NCBI GenBank assembly: GCA_965214805.1
Contig: OZ243982.1
Coordinates: 2,915,253-2,979,252, forward strand
DNA length: 64,000 bases
Reading direction: 5' to 3'
From: Thermoanaerobaculia bacterium
GTDB taxonomy: Bacteria > Acidobacteriota > Thermoanaerobaculia > Multivoradales > Multivoraceae
A program made the position numbers and the translations under genes. How positions within the stretch are numbered: position 1 is the first letter of the stretch; each line of letters starts with the position of its first letter. Below are positions 38,829-48,604 of the stretch, piece by piece. The notes beneath the pieces are model-generated. The model was not told where the DNA came from, made no database searches, and was given only the letters and a program-made list of their open reading frames with translations.

Positions 38829-39895
38829 CGAACGTCACGAACGCGGCCGCAGCCAGCGGCGTCGCCGTGCTCGGTGCCGGGGCCTGGGGCACGGCGCTCG
38901 CCGTCCATGCCGCCCGGGCGGGTTCACCGGTGATCCTCTGGGCCCGTTCCCCGGAGTTCGGGGCCGTCCTGGCGGCGGAGCGGGTGAACGAACGTTACCT
39001 GCCGGGTGTCGAACTGCCGGCTGGAATCCGGGTGACTTGGGATCTGCGGCAGGCAGCGGCGTGCGGGATCGTGCTGGTCGTCGTGCCGTCGCACGGCTTC
39101 CGCGCCGTCGTGCGGTCGTTTCTCGAGGCGCGGCGCGGTGTCGGCGGCGGCGCTCCGTTGCCGGGACGGGTGACCTTCGTTTCCGGCGCCAAGGGCATCG
39201 AGTCCGACCACCATGGCGCCTTCCGCTGCATGAGCGACATCTGCCGGGAAGAGGCGGTTTCTTCCGGCACGGACGTGGAGTTCGCCACCATCAGCGGGCC
39301 ATCGTTTGCTGCCGAGCTCGCTGCCGAGCTGCCGACAGCCTGTGTCGTCGCGGCGGAGTCGGCGGCGGTCGCCGAGCGGCTGCAGTCGCTGCTCTCGGCC
39401 GGGGCGCTGCGGCTCTACACGTCGACGGACGTGATCGGCGTGGAGATTGCCGCCGCGGCCAAGAACGTGATCGCGATTGCCGCCGGCGTCCTCGACGGGC
39501 TGCGCTACGGATCGAACACGCGCGCTGCGCTGATCACCCGCGGCCTGCACGAGATGATGCGTCTCGGCCTGGCGTGTGGAGGCCGGCCGGCGACCTTCGC
39601 CGGCCTCGCCGGTCTCGGCGATCTCGTGCTGACATGCACCGGAGGCCTCTCGCGCAACCGGAGCACGGGCGTCGAGCTGGCCCGGGGCCGTTCGCTCGAG
39701 GAGATCGAGGCGGACCGGACCGGGGTCGCCGAAGGAGTGCGCAACTCGCTCGCCCTGCTCGAGCTGGCGGCCGAGAAGAAGGTCGAGTTGCCGATCACGG
39801 AGCAGATGGTCGAGATCCTCCATCGAGGCAAGCAACCGGCGGCAGCGATCCGGGATCTGATGCGGCGGGAGCTCAAGGTGGAGTCCGCACTGTGA
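38825..39895 (+). CDS. gpsA: NAD(P)H-dependent glycerol-3-phosphate dehydrogenase
   Basis: From GTG 38825: VAVLGAGAWGTALA...NERYLPGVELP...KNVIAIAAG...GDLVLTCTGGLSRN. Confidence 0.9.
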   Translation: MTNVTNAAAASGVAVLGAGAWGTALAVHAARAGSPVILWARSPEFGAVLAAERVNERYLPGVELPAGIRVTWDLRQAAACGIVLVVVPSHGFRAVVRSFLEARRGVGGGAPLPGRVTFVSGAKGIESDHHGAFRCMSDICREEAVSSGTDVEFATISGPSFAAELAAELPTACVVAAESAAVAERLQSLLSAGALRLYTSTDVIGVEIAAAAKNVIAIAAGVLDGLRYGSNTRAALITRGLHEMMRLGLACGGRPATFAGLAGLGDLVLTCTGGLSRNRSTGVELARGRSLEEIEADRTGVAEGVRNSLALLELAAEKKVELPITEQMVEILHRGKQPAAAIRDLMRRELKVESAL

Positions 39896-39913
39896 GTGGA
39901 GTCCGCACTGTGA
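39878..39913 (+). repeat. perfect 2 x 18-bp tandem duplication GTGGAGTCCGCACTGTGA at the gpsA stop / guaA start
   Basis: Read directly. Copy 1 contains the gpsA TGA, and each copy contains an in-frame GTG usable as the guaA start. Confidence 0.95.
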
Positions 39914-41493
39914 CGGCGGGCAGAGGCGGGCGCGAGACGGTCCTCGTGCTCGATTTCGGGGGGCAGTACACGCAGTTGATCGCCCGCAGGATCCGGGAAC
40001 TCCGGGTCTACTGCGAGATCGTTCCCTTCGACCTGGATGTGGAACGGATCAGGACCCGGCGGCCGATCGGCATCGTGCTCTCCGGGGGGCCGGACAGCGT
40101 CTACGAGCAGAACGCGCCGCAGGCCGACCCGGATGTGCTCAGGCTGGGCATCCCGGTGCTCGGCATCTGCTACGGCATGCAGTGGATGGCGCATGTTCTG
40201 GGCGGTCGGGTCGCGGCGTCAGGCCAGCGGGAGTACGGCCGCACCCGGATCACCTTGCGGCAGACGTGCGGCGGTCTCTTCACGGGCCTGGAGTCGGAGC
40301 AGAACGTGTGGATGTCGCACGGCGATCGGGTGGAGCAGCTGCCGCCGGGCTTCGAAGCGACGGCTTCGACCCTGACGGTGCCGGTGGTAGCGGCCGAAGA
40401 CAGCGAACGGTCCGTCTTCGGCATCCAGTTCCACCCCGAGGTCACGCACACCGACAGCGGCGCCAGGATGCTACGCAACTTCCTGTACGGCGCTTGCGGC
40501 GCTGCGGGCGAGTGGCGCATGGCGTCCTACGCGGACGAAGCGACGGCTGCGATCGAGGCCCGGGTCGGCCCTTCCGACCGGGTTCTCTGCGCTCTCTCGG
40601 GAGGCGTCGACTCGGCGGTGGCGGCGAGCCTGGTGCAGCGCGCGGTGGGGGAACGCCTGACCGCGGTGTTCGTCGACAACGGACTTCTGCGCAAGAACGA
40701 GTGCGGCGAGGTGGAACGGAGCCTGCGTCAGGGGCTCGCGGACCTGCGGCTCGTCGTCGTCGACGCCGCGCCGGAGTTTCTCGGTGCGCTGGCGGGCATC
40801 GCCGATCCGGAAGAGAAACGCCGGACGATCGGTCGGGTCTTCATCGAGGTGTTCCAGCGCGAGGCGGCGAAGCTGGAGCGGACGGTCGAAGGGCCGGGCG
40901 CGATCCGTTACCTGGTGCAGGGCACGCTCTATCCGGACGTGATCGAGTCGGTCTCCGCCCTTGGCCCGTCCGCGATGATCAAGAGTCACCACAATGTCGG
41001 CGGCCTGCCGGAACGGTTGGGCTTCGAGCTGATCGAGCCGCTGCGCTGCCTGTTCAAGGACGAGGTGCGCCAGCTCGGCCGCGAGCTCGGTCTCGGTTCC
41101 GAGTTCCTGGGCCGGCATCCCTTTCCCGGCCCCGGTCTCGGCGTGCGGATTCTGGGCGACGTGACCGCTGAGCGGGTGGCGGTGCTGCAGGAAGCCGACG
41201 CGATCTTCATCGAGGAGCTGCGCGCCGCGGGGTTCCACGACCGGGTGAGTCAGGCGCTGGCGGTCCTGCTGCCGGTTCGAAGCGTGGGCGTGATGGGGGA
41301 CGGCCGCAGCTACGAGAACGTCGTCGCCCTGCGGGCGGTCGAGACGGAGGACTTCATGACGGCTGACTGGAGCCGGCTGCCGCACGAGTTTCTGGGCGGC
41401 GTGGCGAGTCGCATCGTGAACGAGGTCGTCGGCGTCAACCGCGTCGTCTACGACCTGACCAGCAAGCCGCCCGGAACGATCGAGTGGGAGTGA
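39892..41493 (+). CDS. guaA: glutamine-hydrolysing GMP synthase
   Basis: VLVLDFGGQYTQLIARRIRE...GICYGMQ...FHPEV...SGGVDSAV...HHNVGGLPE...IEWE. The start is ambiguous (GTG 39892 or 39910). Confidence 0.9.
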   Translation: MSGVRTVTAGRGGRETVLVLDFGGQYTQLIARRIRELRVYCEIVPFDLDVERIRTRRPIGIVLSGGPDSVYEQNAPQADPDVLRLGIPVLGICYGMQWMAHVLGGRVAASGQREYGRTRITLRQTCGGLFTGLESEQNVWMSHGDRVEQLPPGFEATASTLTVPVVAAEDSERSVFGIQFHPEVTHTDSGARMLRNFLYGACGAAGEWRMASYADEATAAIEARVGPSDRVLCALSGGVDSAVAASLVQRAVGERLTAVFVDNGLLRKNECGEVERSLRQGLADLRLVVVDAAPEFLGALAGIADPEEKRRTIGRVFIEVFQREAAKLERTVEGPGAIRYLVQGTLYPDVIESVSALGPSAMIKSHHNVGGLPERLGFELIEPLRCLFKDEVRQLGRELGLGSEFLGRHPFPGPGLGVRILGDVTAERVAVLQEADAIFIEELRAAGFHDRVSQALAVLLPVRSVGVMGDGRSYENVVALRAVETEDFMTADWSRLPHEFLGGVASRIVNEVVGVNRVVYDLTSKPPGTIEWE

Positions 41494-41577
41494 CGAGCGG
41501 CGGCCGGTCTGCCGCTGCGAGCCGGCCGGACTCCATCTCCGCGCCTCCCGGCGGCGGGAGCCGGGCGCGGAGGACGT

Positions 41578-43338
41578 TCAGTGCCCGCCGGTCGACGCGC
41601 CCCGCTTCCTTCTGCGCCGTTTCGGCCGGTCGTCCTCGCTGGTCGACGGCGACAGCTCCGCCGGCAGCCGGACGAGCGAAGTGACGCCGCTGGTCTCGTC
41701 CCGTACGCCGACCGCCACGTCGTAGTCGCCTCGCACGAGCTTCATCGACACGTTGAACCAGTAGACGCCGGCCTTCGCCGTCACGCCTCGTCGACCGAGC
41801 GTGACCAGCTTCTCCCGCACCGCCGTTCGGCCGCCCCCTTCGCGTTCCAGAGCGAGCAGCCAGAGCCTGAGCCTGGCCCGTGCCCGTTCGGGCCCCGGCA
41901 GCTGGAGGATGGCGTCCTCGGGCACAACCACGTTGACGCCGATCCTGTAGCGTTTCCGTGCCGTTCGCTTCGGCAGGTCGAGGCCCACACGGATTTCGAG
42001 CGGGTTGTCGAGAGCGCCCAGATACGCGGTGGAGAGCAGGCGGTCCGCCAACCTCTCCGACAACGGCTTGTCGACGTAGTTCCTGCGGTGGCTGACCCTC
42101 CGACCCTCTCTGGCGTGGGGCGCCAATTCGACCCGGATGTCTCGCACCTCGCCTCGACGCCGTTCCTCGGGCATGAAGCCCAGGGAGTACGCCGCTTCGA
42201 GTTCCGCCGCTGCTTCCGCAATCAGCACGGCCAGGTCGTTCGAGTTGGCGAGCAGCTTGCCGCCGGTCTCCGAAGCGATCCGCTGCATGCCGCTCTGGGC
42301 GTTCAGCCGGTGGACCGCGTCGCTCTGCGCCAGCGCCGCTGGCCCCAGCGGAATGGAGACGTCGGCCGCAAGGCCGGCCCTGATGCCCGCCGCGTCGACG
42401 GGGTAGAAGGTGACGCGGTTCGCGTTCGCGTGCCGGGCAAGTCGTTCCAGACGCCTGCTCTCGTTGTGGGCAGTGAGTTCCGACCAGAGGCGCGAGGCCG
42501 CTCTCCGGTTCGAGGCGCAGTGCTCGTGGGCCAGGAAGCTCCACAACGACTCCCCGGGATTCTCGGGCAGGCTGTCGCTCAGGTAGAAGACGGCCTTCTT
42601 GCCCGGGATGCCGCCGAGAGCGCTGACGAGATCGGCGAGTCCGCCGACGGCCACGGCAAGCCGCGTTTCCTCCTCGGCCGCATGGCGGCGGGCGATGGAC
42701 ATGTACGCCCCGTCGCATGCCGGATCGGTCTCGACGATCTGCACGATGGCGCGCCGTCTTGCCAGATGTCGGGTCAGGCCGCGCGCGGCGCCTCGGGGTC
42801 GGGCCGCGGCCGCGGCGAGCACGACATCCAGGTCGGGAGTCGGCGTCACCAGGACCTCCAGCCGATTCCGGAACGTGGCCAACATGTAGCGTGCATCCCA
42901 GTTCCGCCAGGGAACCACGGCCTCGGCAAGGCGCCTGAGCGCTCGCCGCCGGTGAGGGCTGTGCAGATTCGCATCGTCGAAGTACAGCACGATCGTGAGA
43001 TTGCCGCCGCCGACCGGCCGGTCGCCAGCGTCGTCACGGAGGGCGGGTTTCTCGGCCGCCGGTTCCCGGGCCAGGTCGAATTCGAATGCGGCGAAGTTCG
43101 AGATGCTGACCCGCTCGCCGTCGGCGTAGAGCTCGAAGTCCTCCCGATCAAGCCCGGGCACGGGACGTCCCTTCCGGTCCGTCACCACGACGTCTACCTC
43201 CACGACCTCCACGTCGACGGACTCCAGGAACGTCCGGTCCGTTGTCTCGGAGCTCTGGGCCGCGGCGCCCGCGGCGAGCAGCAGCGAGGCGACCGCCGCC
43301 AGAGCCATGACCCCGTTCGAGGGCGAAGGCGAGTCCAT
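41578..43338 (-). CDS. VWA-domain protein, acidobacterial 'VWFA-related' (TIGR03436-like) type
   Basis: Signal peptide, then FLESVDVEVVEVDVVVTDRKGRPVPGLDREDFELYADGERVSISNF (the hallmark N-terminus as I recall it). VWA-like core. The start is uncertain (43413, 43338 or 43311). Confidence 0.8.
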   Translation of the reverse strand: MDSPSPSNGVMALAAVASLLLAAGAAAQSSETTDRTFLESVDVEVVEVDVVVTDRKGRPVPGLDREDFELYADGERVSISNFAAFEFDLAREPAAEKPALRDDAGDRPVGGGNLTIVLYFDDANLHSPHRRRALRRLAEAVVPWRNWDARYMLATFRNRLEVLVTPTPDLDVVLAAAAARPRGAARGLTRHLARRRAIVQIVETDPACDGAYMSIARRHAAEEETRLAVAVGGLADLVSALGGIPGKKAVFYLSDSLPENPGESLWSFLAHEHCASNRRAASRLWSELTAHNESRRLERLARHANANRVTFYPVDAAGIRAGLAADVSIPLGPAALAQSDAVHRLNAQSGMQRIASETGGKLLANSNDLAVLIAEAAAELEAAYSLGFMPEERRRGEVRDIRVELAPHAREGRRVSHRRNYVDKPLSERLADRLLSTAYLGALDNPLEIRVGLDLPKRTARKRYRIGVNVVVPEDAILQLPGPERARARLRLWLLALEREGGGRTAVREKLVTLGRRGVTAKAGVYWFNVSMKLVRGDYDVAVGVRDETSGVTSLVRLPAELSPSTSEDDRPKRRRRKRGASTGGH

Positions 43339-43959
43339 GAGGCGCTTCGTCGGAGCCTTGCGACGGGATCTGGGCAACGGGCCGTTCCGTCCTCCATGTG
43401 TTCCGTGCTCCATGTCCGGATGGCGTTGCGCAGTTTCGCCGACAGGAACGGAAATCCCTCATGCAGGAGATCGAGCACTCGCGCCGTTTCATCCTGTGCT
43501 CCCGGAGTATGGCACGCCTCCTGCCCACGCCTCCTGCAACCGCCAAGGTCGGCTTGACAGGACGACATGCACTGCCAGAGATCCCGACCCGGAGGTGAAC
43601 CAGCAAGCGGTTCCGGCAAGTCTGGCCATCTGGATGCCGTACTCCGCCAGATCCGGCACGGCGGCTCCGGCACGGCGGTTGCTGGCGTGGCAGGAGGTGC
43701 GCTCCGCCGTTGCACCGATTGTCGTCTATTCTCGGCGTGTCGTCTGCTTGACGTGACGGCGCACGCGATTCATGGTTCGTCCGTACACAAACCGTCCTGT
43801 CTGGTCAGTGGGGGACTGGCGGCCGGGATTCCGCCTGGGCGCTCCAGGTTCTTGCGCCCGGCTCCGGATGGGACGTGCAGTGAGTCCGTCCGTGGTCCGC
43901 TCCCGCGCGCGGAGCGCGTGGCGCGACATCGCGCCGCAGCGCGGTCGAGTCTCGCTGGA

Positions 43960-44769
43960 GTGGTCTTCGTGATCTCGGAGCTGTTCAGCATCGGTCCGCT
44001 CTCGGTTTCGCCCTTCGGCGTGATGCTGGTGGCGGCCCTGTTTGCGGCCAGCGTCCAGCTGCGTTGGGGGCTCCGCCAGACGGGCTCGAGTGCCTCCCGC
44101 GCCGCGGACGACGCAGCCGCTCTGCTGCTGGCCGGCGCGCTGGGCGGCATCGTCGGCGGCAAGGCGTACTACGCGCTGCTCTACGGGGATTGGCGCCTGC
44201 TCTACAGCCGTGCCGGCCTGGTCTGGTACGGCGGGTTTCTGGTCGGTGCGGCGGCGGTGCTTCTGGTCATCCGGTTCCGGCGGATGCCGCCCTGGCGCAC
44301 CGCCGATGCCGCGGCGCCGGCCCTGGCGCTGGGGTACGGCGTCGGGCGCATCGGTTGCCTGCTGGTCGGCGACGACTACGGCGTGCCTACCGATCTGCCC
44401 TGGGGAATGACGTTTCCCGAGGGCCCGATCCCTACCACGGCTGGCGCCCTGCGGCGGGAGTTCGGCGTCGACCTCCCGGCCGACCTGGCGGCGGACGCCC
44501 TGGTCGCGGTGCACCCCACCCAGATCTACGAGACCCTGACCGCGCTGCTGATCTTCTGGTTGGGCCGCAGGCTCCTGCAGCGGGGCGCATCGCCGGGCGG
44601 CGTCGTGCTGCCGATCGTCGGACTGCTGTCGGTCGAACGCTTCCTGGTCGAGTTCCTGCGCGCCAAGGACGACCGCTTCGTCGGAGCGTTCACCGTGGCG
44701 CAACTGATCGCGGCCGCTCTTCTGCTTGTTGTCGCCCTGACATGGCTGCGCCGCCGCCGCGCGTCCTGA
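43960..44769 (+). CDS. lgt: prolipoprotein diacylglyceryl transferase
   Basis: From GTG 43960: GPLSVSPFGVMLVAA...GRIGCLLVGDDYG...HPTQIYE... Confidence 0.85.
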   Translation: MVFVISELFSIGPLSVSPFGVMLVAALFAASVQLRWGLRQTGSSASRAADDAAALLLAGALGGIVGGKAYYALLYGDWRLLYSRAGLVWYGGFLVGAAAVLLVIRFRRMPPWRTADAAAPALALGYGVGRIGCLLVGDDYGVPTDLPWGMTFPEGPIPTTAGALRREFGVDLPADLAADALVAVHPTQIYETLTALLIFWLGRRLLQRGASPGGVVLPIVGLLSVERFLVEFLRAKDDRFVGAFTVAQLIAAALLLVVALTWLRRRRAS

Positions 44770-45590
44770 CCATTGCCGGCTCCGATTCCGCGGGCTGCTC
44801 GGGAGTGCCTGCGGATCTGCGGACCTTTGCCGCCTACGGCGTGCACGGCCTGTGCGCGCTGACCGCGGTCACTGCCCAGACTGCGGGCGAAGTGCGGGCC
44901 GTCGAACCGGTGGGCGCCGAGCTGCTGCGCCGGCAGCTGGAGGCTGCCGCCGAGATCGGTCTCGACGCGATCAAGATCGGCATGCTCGTCGATGCCTCGA
45001 CGGTCGAGACGGTCGCGGAGTGGCTGGAGGCCTTGCCGCCGACGCCGGCCGTGCTCGATCCGGTGTTCCGGTCGACGTCGGGTTCGGCGCTGCTGGAAGC
45101 CGAGGCTCTTCCCTTGCTCGTGGAGCGGCTGCTGCCGAGATTGCTGCTGGTGACGCCGAATCTGTTCGAGGCGGAGAGGTTGAGCGGCATGGCGATCGGA
45201 GGCCCGGACGATGCGCGGGCTGCCGCGCGGCGCATCGAGCGGATGGGGCCAGGCGTCCTGATCACCGGAGGCCACGGCTATTCGGCCGTCGCGGGCGCCG
45301 CCGGCTGCGGCAACGGCAGCGACCTGACCGATCTCCTGTTCGACGGGAATCGGTTCGAGGCCTTCGTCCACCCGCGGATTCGCACCCCGTGGCGGCGCGG
45401 CACGGGCTGCACCCTGTCCGCCGCCGTCGCGGCGGGTCTCGGCTGGCACATGCCGCTCGAGCGGGCCGTGCAGCGGGCTGTCGCCTTCGTCGAGCGGGCG
45501 TTGCGGGGGGCGTACCCGCTTGGCCGCAGCGGTCGCCACGGCGCCCTCGACCCCATGGCGGGGCGTCGAGGCGGTCGAGGCGTTCGATGA
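44742..45590 (+). CDS. thiD: hydroxymethylpyrimidine/phosphomethylpyrimidine kinase
   Basis: From ATG 44742: VLTIAGSDSAGCSGVPADLRTF...DAIKIGML...VTPNLFEA...GTGCTLSAAVAAG. Confidence 0.85.
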   Translation: MAAPPPRVLTIAGSDSAGCSGVPADLRTFAAYGVHGLCALTAVTAQTAGEVRAVEPVGAELLRRQLEAAAEIGLDAIKIGMLVDASTVETVAEWLEALPPTPAVLDPVFRSTSGSALLEAEALPLLVERLLPRLLLVTPNLFEAERLSGMAIGGPDDARAAARRIERMGPGVLITGGHGYSAVAGAAGCGNGSDLTDLLFDGNRFEAFVHPRIRTPWRRGTGCTLSAAVAAGLGWHMPLERAVQRAVAFVERALRGAYPLGRSGRHGALDPMAGRRGGRGVR

Positions 45591-45726
45591 GGGGCTCTGT
45601 CGTCCGGACGTCCGGAACGGCTCGCGATGGCTCGCGTCCGGAATGGCTCGGGTCGCCGCCGTGTTCTCCTCTGGCGCCGGCCAGCGGCTGAACCGGCGCG
45701 CTTCCGTCGCCTATACTCGGCAGTCC

Positions 45727-47532
45727 ATGGATCGAACGTCGCTCTCGTCACTCCCGTTGCGTCCGTCGCCCCTGTCGCGCAGGGGACCGCTTCGTTGCGC
45801 CGCGTTCTGGTTGGCGGGGTTGCTGCCGATCGGGGCGGTCGCCGCTTCGGCCCAGGAGAGGCCGTCCGGGACTCCTCGGGCCGTCTTCGAAGAGTCCATC
45901 CACGTCAAGGTCGTGGGCGTCCAGGTCTTTGTCCGGGACAAGGACGGGAATCCGGTCACCGGTCTGACCAGGAAGGACTTCATCCTGAGGGAGGGCGAGG
46001 ATCCGGTCACGATCACGAACTTCCACGAGGTCAGGGAGCGGGTCAAGGTGAGCGACGTTCCCGGCGTCGTGCCGGAGGAACCCGAAGTCCGGTTCGTGGA
46101 ACGGCCGGGGCTGGAGCGTCGACGCCGCGTGGTGCCGCCGGACGAGCGCCTTCATCTGGTGATCTACGTCGATCACATGAACATCCGGCCGCACAACCGC
46201 AACAGGGTCTTCCGGTACGTGCGCGAGTTTCTGCGCAAGGACGTGACGCGGGACGACCTGGTCATGCTGCTGAGCTACAACCGCTCGGTCAAGGTCGAGC
46301 GGGACTTCACCAGCGATCCGCAGATGATCGCGAACGCTCTCTACGAGCTCGAGAAGCACACCGGCGGCAGGACGCAGTGGGACTCGGACCGGGCCGACAT
46401 CATCCGCGACATCGGCGAGGAGGACCGGCACTACGAGTACGTCCAGGGCCGCGTCCGGGTCTACTCGCAGTCGATCTACAACGACATGCAGTTCACGCTA
46501 GACGGCCTCAAGGACACCGTCATCTCGCTGGCCGGTCTGCCGGGCCGCAAGGCCTTCATGTACGTCTCGGACGGTCTGCCGATGCGCGCGGGCGCGGACA
46601 TGTGGGAGGCGCTTGATCAGCGCGGCCGGGCGGTCGACTCCCTGAGCTACAACCAGAATTTCTTCCTCGATTCGCTCCAGTACGACTCGAGTCGGCGATT
46701 CACCGACCTGGTCGACACCGCGAACGCGAACGAAGTCTCCTTCTACACCATCGTCGCTGCCGGGCCGATGGGCATCAACTCGCGGGATGCCTCCATGCAG
46801 GGCATGGCGTTCACGTCGAACATCGACTCGGTGGCCAGGGACAACGTGCACTCGTCGGTCATGTACATGGCCGAGGAAACCGGGGGTCAGTACATCGTCA
46901 ACACGAACAACTTCCGCGACGGGCTGAACCGTATCGCTCTCGACTTCACCAGCTACTACTCGCTCGGCTTCCAGCCTGCTCACGCGGGTACGGGCAGGAA
47001 GTACAGGCTCCGGGTCCAGCTGACCAACGAGGCGAAGAGGCGTCACGGGTTGCGGGACCGGCACGTGAGGTATCGCGGGAGTTACCGCGACAAGTCGATC
47101 GACACGGAGATGACCGAGGGGACCCTGGCGGCGCTCAAGCTCGGTTACGAGAAGAACGACCTGGACATCAGCCTGGTCAAGTCGGACGAGATCCGTCGTG
47201 AGGAGAGGGGGCTCTACACCGTCCACGTGGACGTGCGGGTGCCGATCGGCGAGATGACCCTGGTTCCGGTAGGCACGGTCGGGGATCACCTGCTGCGGGC
47301 GCGTGTCTGGGTGCAGGCGCTGGCGTCGAACGGCGACATCTCGCCGCCTCAGGTCGAGCCGTTCGAACTCACCATTCCGGCCGAGGATCTGGAGCGGGCG
47401 CGGGAGAGCTTCTACACCTACACGCTGCCGCTGATCATGAAGGAAGGCGATCAGCGCCTGACGATCGCGGTGCGGGACGAGGTGGCCGGCCAGACCTCGT
47501 TCATCACCCGCAACCTGCGGGTCGGCGCCTGA
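45727..47532 (+). CDS. VWA-domain protein, second TIGR03436-like paralogue
   Basis: From ATG 45727: signal peptide, then FEESIHVKVVGVQVFVRDKDGNPVTGLTRKDFILREGEDPVTITNF. Same architecture as 41578..43338. Confidence 0.8.
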   Translation: MDRTSLSSLPLRPSPLSRRGPLRCAAFWLAGLLPIGAVAASAQERPSGTPRAVFEESIHVKVVGVQVFVRDKDGNPVTGLTRKDFILREGEDPVTITNFHEVRERVKVSDVPGVVPEEPEVRFVERPGLERRRRVVPPDERLHLVIYVDHMNIRPHNRNRVFRYVREFLRKDVTRDDLVMLLSYNRSVKVERDFTSDPQMIANALYELEKHTGGRTQWDSDRADIIRDIGEEDRHYEYVQGRVRVYSQSIYNDMQFTLDGLKDTVISLAGLPGRKAFMYVSDGLPMRAGADMWEALDQRGRAVDSLSYNQNFFLDSLQYDSSRRFTDLVDTANANEVSFYTIVAAGPMGINSRDASMQGMAFTSNIDSVARDNVHSSVMYMAEETGGQYIVNTNNFRDGLNRIALDFTSYYSLGFQPAHAGTGRKYRLRVQLTNEAKRRHGLRDRHVRYRGSYRDKSIDTEMTEGTLAALKLGYEKNDLDISLVKSDEIRREERGLYTVHVDVRVPIGEMTLVPVGTVGDHLLRARVWVQALASNGDISPPQVEPFELTIPAEDLERARESFYTYTLPLIMKEGDQRLTIAVRDEVAGQTSFITRNLRVGA

Positions 47533-47705
47533 GGAGCCGTCCGGCCCGCGAGTCCGGCCCGAAGAACCGACCACGGAGGTCGATGCCTCTGGACGTGAAG
47601 GCGGTGCGGCAGGAAGGCCTGGGTCTGGCCGGAAGTGCGGGTAGGCTTCTCCCGTGCGGACCCGGGGTCGCCCGGGCGCCGACCGACTACTGCAACCGGG
47701 CTCGC

Positions 47706-48281
47706 ATGGAACTGTCCTGTTCCTTGCGCCGCAGAGCCGTGCAGGAAGCTGTGGACATTGCTGGAGCCCTGATCGCCGTGAAGACCACGAAGATCGTCGA
47801 GTCACTGAGCGCCCTGAGTGGGCTCGGTGGTGATCTGGCCCGTTCCGCCGTGGCGCTTCTCGAAGCGGAAGTGGATCAACTGCGCTTCGACCTGGCTCGG
47901 AACTGGCGCCGCTTTCTGGGCCTCGTCCTGCTTGCTGCGCTGTTGTTCGGCATCGTCTTCTGGACGCTCGGTGCGCTCCTGTTCGCGGCCGGTGCCGGCC
48001 TTGCCAGCGCGCTGCCGGTCTGGGCGGCGGCGCTGGTCGTTGCGGCCGGGCTGCTGGTGCTGGCGCTGATCCTGCTGTGGATCCTCCGTGTGCGGGCGCG
48101 GCGTCTCGAATCGCCGATGGCTACCGTGAGACGCCGGGTCGGCAGTCACCTGGCATTCTGGCAGGACGTTCTGGGCCAGGCGGCCCGCACCGGCGACACC
48201 GGTTCAGGATCGGAACCCGACGATCCGTCCGGAGGCGGAACGGGCGGCGGGGCGGGTGGTCGCCTGGGCGGCGAATCGTGA
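47706..48281 (+). CDS. membrane protein resembling the 'Holin-X' (phage holin family 3) type
   Basis: LLEAEVDQLRFDLARNWRRF is followed by two long hydrophobic helices and a Gly-rich tail. The start may instead be 47583. Confidence 0.5.
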   Translation: MELSCSLRRRAVQEAVDIAGALIAVKTTKIVESLSALSGLGGDLARSAVALLEAEVDQLRFDLARNWRRFLGLVLLAALLFGIVFWTLGALLFAAGAGLASALPVWAAALVVAAGLLVLALILLWILRVRARRLESPMATVRRRVGSHLAFWQDVLGQAARTGDTGSGSEPDDPSGGGTGGGAGGRLGGES

Positions 48282-48604
48282 GTCGTCGTTCGCAGCAGCG
48301 CAGGCGTGCGGCTCTGCTGGCGCGTCGACGCGACGACACGAGGGAGGCCGTGGAGCAGATCCGCAGAGCATTCGGCGCGCTCGGAGACACGGGAGCTCCA
48401 GCAGAAGTGGGCGGAACGCGCCTGGACAGAGCGCGCGGCTGGCTCCTGCGCAGTTTCCGCGGCAGCGTTCGTACTCGCGCGGCCTGGATGCTGCCTGTCG
48501 CGGCGGGTGCAGTCGGGATGGCGATCGCGTGGTCGCTCGGACGCCTCAGGCGCCGCCGGTCCGGATCCGGACGGTCCAGGCCCACGTGCCCCGAGAAGGG
48601 GTGA
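48278..48604 (+). CDS. hypothetical small protein with a C-terminal TM segment
   Basis: GTG 48278 overlaps the upstream stop. Contains AWMLPVAAGAVGMAIAWSLG. Arg-rich, so coding status is uncertain. Confidence 0.3.
   Translation: MSRRSQQRRRAALLARRRDDTREAVEQIRRAFGALGDTGAPAEVGGTRLDRARGWLLRSFRGSVRTRAAWMLPVAAGAVGMAIAWSLGRLRRRRSGSGRSRPTCPEKG

Noticed and set aside
41530-41560. Hairpin CTCCCG-GCGG-CGGGAG between the convergent guaA and VWA genes, considered as a bidirectional terminator
   Set aside because: It has only a 6-bp stem and no U/A tracts, which is too weak to annotate.
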